DNA of 32,000 nt from Haloferax volcanii DS2 (lineage in GTDB: Archaea > Halobacteriota > Halobacteria > Halobacteriales > Haloferacaceae). This document shows, in pieces, positions 17,012 through 22,802 of this stretch. The notes below the pieces were generated by a model that saw nothing but the letters and a program-made list of their open reading frames with translations, was not told the origin of the DNA and searched no databases. How positions within the stretch are numbered: position 1 is the first letter of the stretch; every line of letters begins with the position of its first letter. The stretch spans positions 420,001 to 452,000 of the forward strand of contig NC_013967.1 in the NCBI RefSeq assembly GCF_000025685.1. Direction: 5' to 3'. The translations under genes and the position numbers were made by a program.

Positions 17012-17659
17012 ATGCCCGCCGGTATCCGCGCCACGGTCGAGTTCGACTCACCGTCGGTCTGCCCCGTCGCCTCGGTCGCCCACTCGACGGACTCCGTCGT
17101 CGATTCCGTCTCGACCAGCGTCGTCTCCACCCCCGGCGAAGTGAGCGTCTCCGAGTTCGTCCTTGAGGCCGACGACCCGCCGGACGCGTCCGCGCTCGAA
17201 CCCATCTTCTCCTACGGTTCGAAGCACCTCTACCGCTACACTCACGACGGGAGCGCCGACTGTCCCTGCGAGTGCCTCGGGGAGTTCGGCTGTCCGGTCG
17301 ACCGCTACTTCGCCCAGCGCGGCAGCCTGACGCTCGTCTTCCACGCCGCCGACTACGAGCAGTTACAGGCCGTCATCGGTGAGCTTCGCGACCGCTTCCC
17401 CGGCCTCGACATCAAGCGCCTCGTGCGCTCGCCCACCGGCGACGCCCCCGGCGACAGCGTCTTCGTCGACCGCGGGAAGCTCACCACCCGCCAACTCGAA
17501 GTCCTCCAGACCGCCTACGACATGGGCTACTTCGAGCGCCCGCGCGGGGCCAACGCGACCGAGGTCGCCGCCGAACTCGACATCAACCAATCGACGTTCT
17601 CGGAACATCTCGCCGCCGCCCTGACGAAACTGCTCGGCGACGTGCTCGAAGAAGGATAG
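17012..17659 (+). CDS. HTH_10 (Bat-type) family transcription regulator with Cys-rich sensor-like domain
   Basis: 215 aa. C-terminal LTTRQLEVLQTAYDMGYFERPRGANATEVAAELDINQSTFSEHLAAA is the bacterio-opsin-activator-type HTH. N-terminal domain carries CPV and CPCECLGEFGCP. Confidence 0.8.
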   Translation: MPAGIRATVEFDSPSVCPVASVAHSTDSVVDSVSTSVVSTPGEVSVSEFVLEADDPPDASALEPIFSYGSKHLYRYTHDGSADCPCECLGEFGCPVDRYFAQRGSLTLVFHAADYEQLQAVIGELRDRFPGLDIKRLVRSPTGDAPGDSVFVDRGKLTTRQLEVLQTAYDMGYFERPRGANATEVAAELDINQSTFSEHLAAALTKLLGDVLEEG

Positions 17660-17710
17660 CGACCCGCCGCCGTCGCCGCCGGCCCCCTCGCCACCCGAGT
17701 CCGACGGGAG

Positions 17711-17718
17711 TATATAAA
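17711..17718 (+). promoter_or_regulatory. TATA box (TATATAAA) upstream of wHTH copy 2
   Basis: The strongest AT-rich octamer in this GC-rich stretch, 56 nt upstream of the ATG at 17774. This implies a ~30 nt 5' UTR. Confidence 0.45.
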
Positions 17719-17773
17719 CGTCCCACGCTATCGGGGTTGTCAGTTGGTCCCCGTTCGCCGGTTCTACAACAGT

Positions 17774-18166
17774 ATGAGTCAGGCTTCGCTCCCGTTCGAT
17801 TTCCGCTCTGCAACGGCCGCCTCCGAACCCCGCGTCGTCGACGACCACGACGAGGTCGACGCGCTGTTTTCGCTTCTCGAAGACGACGACTGCCGACGCA
17901 TCCTCGACGCGACCGACGGTATCGCCCGCTCTGCGAGCGAACTCTCCGAGGCGTGCGACCTTCCGCTTTCGACCACCTACCGAAAGCTCGACCCGCTCGT
18001 GGACGCCGGCCTCCTCTCGAAGCGCCTGCGCATCTCGCGGTCCGGAACTCACACGGCCGAATACGAACGCACCGTCGACGACGTGACCGTCTCCGTCACC
18101 CCGTCGGGCGTCGAGGTCCGCGTCTCGCACCGCGACGTGGCGCAGTCGGCGTCGGTGACCGCCTGA
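17774..18166 (+). CDS. winged helix-turn-helix (ArsR-like) transcription regulator, copy 2
   Basis: Track ORF 17744..18166 (TTG), trimmed to the ATG at 17774 (MSQASLPFDF). Core CRRILDATDGIARSASELSEACDLPLSTTYRKLDPLVDAGLL. Confidence 0.7.
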   Translation: MSQASLPFDFRSATAASEPRVVDDHDEVDALFSLLEDDDCRRILDATDGIARSASELSEACDLPLSTTYRKLDPLVDAGLLSKRLRISRSGTHTAEYERTVDDVTVSVTPSGVEVRVSHRDVAQSASVTA

Positions 18167-18283
18167 GCGTCGGCCCGTCTGAGCGCCGCGCTCGCGCGGC
18201 TCCCGTCCCGTACTCGCCATCGACAGCGCCGAACGACGCGGTTCGCTGTGCCTACTTAAGATTCTCCTCGTCGTATCGTCGTC

Positions 18284-19078
18284 GTGTACTCCAACCGCAT
18301 TCCCGTCTTACTTATCGCAGTCCTCGTGCTTCTCGCCGGGTGCGCCGGCGGCGCGGATGTCGCCCCGGCCGCCGACGCCGACGACACCGATACCCCCACC
18401 GACGGCGGTGGCAGCGCGGACACCGGCGCGTCGAGCGACGGCGACGACTTCGAACTGAGCGACCCCGAGCGCCTGCTCCGCGACGCCGGGAGTTTCACCG
18501 TCAGTTGGTCGTACACCGGCGTCGAAACCGCGGTCACCCGCGAGTTCGCCGCCGACCTCGACGCCGAACGGTCGTACAGTCGCACGACCTCGACGACCGA
18601 CGGGCAGTCCGACGCGGGCGGCGTCGAGCAGTACGTCGCCGACGGCGTGACGTACGTCCGCGTCGGCGGCGACGACGAGGCCACGTACACCTCGTACGAG
18701 GGGTCGACGGAGGTCCTCGCCGCCGCCATCGCGCTCTCGCAGGCTCGCGCGTACGGTGCTGACGACGACCTGACGTTCGCCGGCACCGAGACGTTCGACG
18801 GCGCGTCCGTCGAACGCTACGAACTGTCGGCCGCGAACGAGGCGCTGATTCTCGCCGGGTCGGCCGCGGCGCAGGGCGAGCCCGGAACTCTGGAGGTCAC
18901 GAGCTTCGAGTACGTCGTCCTCGTCGACGAAGACGGCCTCTCGCGCCACGAATCGTGGTCGTTCTCGGGGCGGATGGACGACGGGTCCGAGGTGAGCGGG
19001 TCGTGGGAGTACTCGCTCACGGGCGTCGGCTCGACGACCGTCGAGGAACCCGCGTGGCTCGACGAAGCGCGGGCGTAG
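18284..19078 (+). CDS. secreted lipoprotein (lipobox LAGC), acidic, unknown function
   Basis: GTG start. Signal peptide MYSNRIPVLLIAVLVLLAGC followed by a D/T/G-rich linker. TATA-like TACTTAAG lies ~27 nt upstream. Confidence 0.7.
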   Translation: MYSNRIPVLLIAVLVLLAGCAGGADVAPAADADDTDTPTDGGGSADTGASSDGDDFELSDPERLLRDAGSFTVSWSYTGVETAVTREFAADLDAERSYSRTTSTTDGQSDAGGVEQYVADGVTYVRVGGDDEATYTSYEGSTEVLAAAIALSQARAYGADDDLTFAGTETFDGASVERYELSAANEALILAGSAAAQGEPGTLEVTSFEYVVLVDEDGLSRHESWSFSGRMDDGSEVSGSWEYSLTGVGSTTVEEPAWLDEARA

Positions 19079-19112
19079 GGTGCCGGTTTGGGGTCCGAGT
19101 CTTGGTCTTCAA

Positions 19113-19228
19113 TGAGGCCTCCCGGATTTGAACCTCACTCGCCCGCTCACTTTGTTCGCGTCGCTCGCGGGAACGGGGACAGCTCACTCTTCAGTCGAGT
19201 TCGTACCACTCTCGAATGAGAATCGCGT
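19113..19228 (-). pseudogene. degenerate tRNA-Phe copy interrupted by a 40-nt insertion in the T-stem
   Basis: 19117-19134 equals the tRNA-Phe 3' portion GCCTCCCGGATTTGAACC (18/18). 19175-19200 matches the variable loop and anticodon arm including GAA (24/26). 19135-19174 has no tRNA counterpart. The acceptor strands cannot pair. Confidence 0.6.
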
Positions 19229-19238
19229 AGAAACCGGA

Positions 19239-19312
19239 TGCCGCCTCCCGGATTTGAACCGGGGACAGCTCGATCTTCAGTCGAGTGCTCTCCCAGTCTG
19301 AGCTAAGGCGGC
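19239..19312 (-). tRNA. tRNA-Phe (anticodon GAA), copy 1
   Basis: Minus strand folds as GCCGCCT-TA-GCTC-AGACTGGGA-GAGC-A-CTCGA-CTGAAGA-TCGAG-CTGTC-CCCGG-TTCAAAT-CCGGG-AGGCGGC-A. Full cloverleaf, no encoded CCA. Confidence 0.95.
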
Positions 19313-19335
19313 GCGATTCGACAGACGCGCAGGAG

Positions 19336-19355
19336 CGAAAAAACCATTTCGAATT
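19336..19355 (-). promoter_or_regulatory. tRNA-Phe copy 1 promoter (BRE/TATA-like ATTCGAAATGGTTTTTT)
   Basis: On the minus strand a T6 tract (19338-19343) lies 26-31 nt upstream of the mature 5' end, preceded by TTCGAAA. Copy 2 has the same architecture. Confidence 0.45.
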
Positions 19356-19361
19356 GCGGCG

Positions 19362-20087
19362 CTACGACCCGCCGTACTCCGACTCTTCCCACCCCGTCAC
19401 GTCGCTCGGGATGAGTTCGCCGTTGACGTGCCACTCGCGCGGGCGGAACGAGATGCCGAGCAGCGTCGCGTAGAACCCGGCGACGAACGCGACGATGATG
19501 TTTCCGGGGACGCCGCCGATGCCGGCGCTCCCGACGGGGGTCGTTCCGTCCGTGTACGTCGTCAACTGGATGACCCACGCGGCGAGCATCACGAGGAACA
19601 GCGGCAGGTACACCCGCCGGAGCCGGTGGGCCAGCGCCTCCTCGAAGGGGATTTTCATGTTCGGCGTGCGGTAGTCCTCGCCGAGTTTCTCCCGCCAGTT
19701 CTCGTCGAGGACGCCGCCGTCCGGGTCGAGCGCGTACGCCCAGACGTTCTGCTGAATCAGCCGAACCCGAGAGCGCCAGATGTCGTACGCGCGGAAGCGA
19801 CGCGCCTCGATACTGAGGAAGATGCTCAGCGTCACCACTCCGAGCAGGATGAGGTAGTGCGGATGCGTTTGTGCGGAAAACGACCACGTCAGAATCCCGG
19901 CCATCAGCGTGATCGCCCAGTTGCTGGTCCGGTCCAGCCGCTCCCGCCACGATTTCATCCGGTGTATCTCTCCCCGATAGAGGTGCGCAAACGACGACCC
20001 CGGCCCCATCGTCTCGTCAAAGACGCCCGCGCCGATGTGGGTGTCGTCCATTCCCGCGGGAGGTTCCAGCTCCCCGTCGTCAGACAT
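19362..20087 (-). CDS. DUF2270-family integral membrane protein
   Basis: Track ORF 19362..20180, trimmed to the ATG at 20087 (MSDDGELEPP). Block YRGEIHRMKSWRERLDRTSNWAITLMAGILTW and four hydrophobic helices resemble DUF2270 as I remember it. Confidence 0.75.
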   Translation of the reverse strand: MSDDGELEPPAGMDDTHIGAGVFDETMGPGSSFAHLYRGEIHRMKSWRERLDRTSNWAITLMAGILTWSFSAQTHPHYLILLGVVTLSIFLSIEARRFRAYDIWRSRVRLIQQNVWAYALDPDGGVLDENWREKLGEDYRTPNMKIPFEEALAHRLRRVYLPLFLVMLAAWVIQLTTYTDGTTPVGSAGIGGVPGNIIVAFVAGFYATLLGISFRPREWHVNGELIPSDVTGWEESEYGGS

Positions 20088-20204
20088 TGTTGTTCGTTTG
20101 ATGCACAACTGCCAGAGGATAAGAGCCTTCTGGGTTACGGACCGAGGAAGGTGTCTCCTGCGCTCCGGCCGGCCTCGCACCGGACGGTCCCGTAGTTCAA
20201 GGGT

Positions 20205-20216
20205 GTGAAAAAACGC
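20205..20216 (-). terminator. oligo-T terminator of csp copy 1
   Basis: Minus strand GAGCGTTTTTTCAC (T6 = plus 20208-20213), 44 nt after the stop. A TTCGG-TTT-CCGAA hairpin sits directly after the stop codon. Confidence 0.5.
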
Positions 20217-20256
20217 TCAGAAATCGATTCGTCTGGTACTGAATTCGGAAACCGAA

Positions 20257-20451
20257 TTACAGGCGCGTGACGTTCGTCGCGCGCGGGCCCTTGGGGGCCT
20301 GTTCGATGTCGAACTCCACTTCCTGACCCTCTTCGAGGTCCGGACCGCCAACATCTTCCATGTGGAAGAACACGTCGTCGTCCGCGTCGTCAGTAGAGAT
20401 GAAACCGTAACCGCCAGTGTCGTTGAAGAAGTCGACCTTACCTTTCGCCAT
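20257..20451 (-). CDS. cspA: cold-shock protein (CspA family), copy 1
   Basis: 64 aa: MAKGKVDFFNDTGGYGFISTDDADDDVFFHMEDVGGPDLEEGQEVEFDIEQAPKGPRATNVTRL. RNP-1-like GYGFI and RNP-2-like VFFH motifs. Confidence 0.95.
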   Translation of the reverse strand: MAKGKVDFFNDTGGYGFISTDDADDDVFFHMEDVGGPDLEEGQEVEFDIEQAPKGPRATNVTRL

Positions 20452-20551
20452 TGCGACTGTACAACGACCCTGCGGACGGATAACCTTTCCGCATGTGTGG
20501 GTATCGCTCGCCCAGTCGACGACTCGCCACCGAGCGCCGCCGCTCGCGGTC

Positions 20552-20562
20552 GTGAAAAACGG
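20552..20562 (-). terminator. oligo-T terminator of csp copy 2
   Basis: Minus strand CTCCGTTTTTCAC (T5 = plus 20555-20559), ~52 nt after the stop. Confidence 0.5.
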
Positions 20563-20610
20563 AGGAAAGTTCGTCAGTCTGTGAATGTACTGCGGTGAAC
20601 GGAAGCCTGC

Positions 20611-20805
20611 TTAGAGGCGGGTGACGTTCGTCGCGCGGGGGCCCTTGGGGGCCTGCTCGATATCGAATTCGATTTCCTGACCCTCTTCGAGGTCCGGACC
20701 GCCAACATCTTCCATGTGGAAGAACACGTCGTCGTCCGCGTCGTCAGTAGAGATGAAACCGTAGCCGCCAGTGTCGTTGAAGAAGTCGACCTTACCTTTC
20801 GCCAT
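20611..20805 (-). CDS. cspA: cold-shock protein (CspA family), copy 2
   Basis: Track ORF 20611..20898, trimmed to MAKGKVDFFN (ATG 20805). 63/64 aa identical to copy 1 (V to I). Confidence 0.95.
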   Translation of the reverse strand: MAKGKVDFFNDTGGYGFISTDDADDDVFFHMEDVGGPDLEEGQEIEFDIEQAPKGPRATNVTRL

Positions 20806-20991
20806 TGCCTTTGAAACCAACGACCTCACGCTGATAAGTCTTCTGAAGCACGCCTCGGCTTCCCGTAGTGCGGTATAGACGACTCTCCGTGGTTGCACCG
20901 CCCAGATTCCGCGTCGTTCGTATTGCGTCGTTGAGAATTCGGTCGTCGTTTTTCCGAGGTGACTCTCGGCCCCGACGTTCTATGTCGCTCC

Positions 20992-21235
20992 CCGCCTCCC
21001 GGATTTGAACCTCACTCGCTCGCTCACTTCGTTCGCGTCGCTCGCTGGTTCAGAACCCGGTCGGGTCGCATTTTCACTGCTCACGACTCGGTCGCTACGC
21101 TCCCTCGGTAGTTCGCAGGAAAATGCCGCCTCCCGGATTTGAACCGAAAGAAGGCTCACTACGTTCGAATTCTTGGGTTCAAATCGGTCCGGCGTCGTTT
21201 CTTCGATTCTTCGCGTCGCTCAGAATCTCAGAATA
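20992..21235 (-). repeat. two tandem tRNA-Phe-3'-end-anchored repeat units (A 20992-21123, B 21124-21235)
   Basis: 20992-21011 (20 nt) and 21124-21146 (23 nt) are identical to the 3' end of the adjacent tRNA-Phe. Each is followed by GCTCACTNCGTTCG (21022-21036, 21154-21168) and an imperfect inverted T-arm copy. Confidence 0.7.
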
Positions 21236-21309
21236 TGCCGCCTCCCGGATTTGAACCGGGGACAGCTCGATCTTCAGTCGAGTGCTCTCCCAGTCTGAGC
21301 TAAGGCGGC
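21236..21309 (-). tRNA. tRNA-Phe (anticodon GAA), copy 2
   Basis: 74/74 identical to 19239..19312. Confidence 0.95.
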
Positions 21310-21335
21310 TCGCACTCTCCCGAAACCGGACCGCA

Positions 21336-21355
21336 TCAAAAAGACTTTCGAATCG
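21336..21355 (-). promoter_or_regulatory. tRNA-Phe copy 2 promoter (BRE/TATA-like ATTCGAAAGTCTTTTTG)
   Basis: On the minus strand a T5 tract (21338-21342) lies 29-33 nt upstream of the mature 5' end, preceded by TTCGAAA. Confidence 0.45.
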
Positions 21356-21370
21356 CCCGTCGGCGCTGGG

Positions 21371-22048
21371 TCAGCGGTGCCGACCGCCGGTCGCGCTCGC
21401 CCGCGCCCGCTCCGCCCGCGAACGAATCCCTTTGAGCATCTTCCGTTCCATGGTGAACTGGACCGGCTCGACGACTAACCGATTCACCGCGCGCTCGCGG
21501 AGCGTCTCCGACCGCCCGCGGAATCTGACGACCAACCGCGTCGCACCGGGTACCACCTCGTGCAGCGCGAAGCTCCACGTCGCCCGGCTCTCGCCGGTCT
21601 CCCACCCCGGCGCGCTCAACACGAGGCAGCGTTCGGTGTCCACGAAGGCGACCCGGAACGACGGCGCGCCCGACCCCGGCGGGCCGAGCCGTATCTCGTC
21701 GCCCACGTCGAGTCGCTGGTGTTGCGGGAGGATTCGGTCCGCGTTATGAATCTGCAAGCCGAACAGGTTCTCCAGTCGCTCGTAGCTGTAAAAGCCGCCG
21801 CGGCCCTGTCCCAACTGGACGAGCCACGGCCAGACCGCTCGCGCGGGGGCCATAATCGTAATCGCCCGCGTCGAAGAAACGTCCGCGTCGCCGGCGAAGT
21901 CGTCGCCGGGGAGCCAGCCCGTCGCCTCGTCGTCGGTCGTCCCCCAGCGTCTGTGCCACGGCCGAACCGCGAGGAGGTACGTCCCGACGACGCCGATTCC
22001 CGCGAGACCGAGTGCCCGGATGAGTCGTCTCGTGCCCATTGCCTTCAC
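21371..22048 (-). CDS. SRPBCC (START/polyketide-cyclase-like) family protein with N-terminal TM anchor
   Basis: 225 aa from the GTG at 22048; an ATG alternative is at 22039 (MGTRRLIRALG). Block AVWPWLVQLGQGRGGFYSYERLENLFG is typical of SRPBCC-fold proteins. Confidence 0.7.
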   Translation of the reverse strand: MKAMGTRRLIRALGLAGIGVVGTYLLAVRPWHRRWGTTDDEATGWLPGDDFAGDADVSSTRAITIMAPARAVWPWLVQLGQGRGGFYSYERLENLFGLQIHNADRILPQHQRLDVGDEIRLGPPGSGAPSFRVAFVDTERCLVLSAPGWETGESRATWSFALHEVVPGATRLVVRFRGRSETLRERAVNRLVVEPVQFTMERKMLKGIRSRAERARASATGGRHR

Positions 22049-22084
22049 CGTTCGTGCCCCCCTTGGAGAGGGGGTGAGATAACC

Positions 22085-22546
22085 CTACCCCCGAGCGTCC
22101 GCGACCCGAACGGCCGCGACCCAGACGACCCCGCCGAGGACCGCGCCAGCGAGGTTCGCTCCCGCGTCAGCGACGCCGAACGACCGGTACGGGAGCACCG
22201 CCTGCACGAGTTCGATACCCGCTCCGAACGCGCCGGCGGCGAGGACGGCCGCCGCGACCTCGTCGCGCCCCCTCGCACGCACCGCGGACGCGAAGGCGAA
22301 GCCGAGACCGGCGTACCCGGCCGCGTGGACCCATTTGTCGAGGCCGACGACTCCGAGCGGTCCCATCGGTGCGAGGCTCCCCGGCGGCGTCGGCGCGACC
22401 GACGCCGCGAAAACGCCGAGCGCGCACCCGAGGGCGACGGCCGCCCACCGCGGGTTCTCGCGGAGTCGCGTGATTGGGTTCACTACCCGGTTGTGGGTCC
22501 GTCTCGGGTAAAGGGTTCGTGTCTTCGTGGCTTCGAACGCGACCAC
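22085..22546 (-). CDS. VanZ-like membrane protein
   Basis: 153 aa from the GTG at 22546; start uncertain, with an alternative GTG at 22483. Blocks DKWVHAAGYAGLGFAF and GIELVQAVLPYRSFGVADAGANLAGAVLG fit VanZ. Lies 36 nt upstream of the SRPBCC gene, so probably an operon. Confidence 0.65.
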   Translation of the reverse strand: MVAFEATKTRTLYPRRTHNRVVNPITRLRENPRWAAVALGCALGVFAASVAPTPPGSLAPMGPLGVVGLDKWVHAAGYAGLGFAFASAVRARGRDEVAAAVLAAGAFGAGIELVQAVLPYRSFGVADAGANLAGAVLGGVVWVAAVRVADARG

Positions 22547-22586
22547 ACGGAACTAAATAGCAGGTGGAAGACACGTTTCGACTACC

Positions 22587-22790
22587 GTGTCACTACTCCC
22601 CCGCTGGTTCACGTCGAAGAACTTCGCAGTACAGCTCGTCATCCTCGCGTTGGTGCTCGACCCGGTCGGGTTCGTCGGCGGCTACCTCCTCGGTCCGTCG
22701 CTGGGCGTCGACCCGCTCGTCGGCGGCGCGTTCGGTCTCGTCGCCGCCAGCGTCCCGATGTCGCTGCTCGTGATGCAACGGAGCGTGTGA
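22587..22790 (+). CDS. small hydrophobic protein (2 TM)
   Basis: 67 aa GTG-initiated ORF. TATA-like ACTAAATAGC (22551-22560) lies ~28 nt upstream (leaderless spacing). No recognisable family. Confidence 0.4.
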   Translation: MSLLPRWFTSKNFAVQLVILALVLDPVGFVGGYLLGPSLGVDPLVGGAFGLVAASVPMSLLVMQRSV

Positions 22791-22802
22791 GTCGGCGGTT
22801 TG

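Noticed and set aside
19135-19174. The 40-nt insertion in the tRNA-Phe pseudo-copy as a non-canonical tRNA intron
   Set aside because: I could not construct a bulge-helix-bulge motif across the junctions, and the acceptor stem of the host copy is also destroyed. An intron-containing functional gene is therefore not supported, although a covariance-model check is still worthwhile.
21124-21146. Plus-strand copies of the tRNA 3' end as retroelement primer-binding sites
   Set aside because: A PBS should extend into the complement of CCA (TGG). The copies are preceded by AAA (Phe) or TAG/CAT (Val), and no reverse transcriptase or LTR-like repeats are present.
19313-21235. Integrated provirus or plasmid between the two tRNA-Phe copies
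   Set aside because: The cargo is a DUF2270 membrane protein and two csp genes. There is no integrase, replication or structural gene, and the left boundary is a complete tRNA gene rather than a partial att copy.
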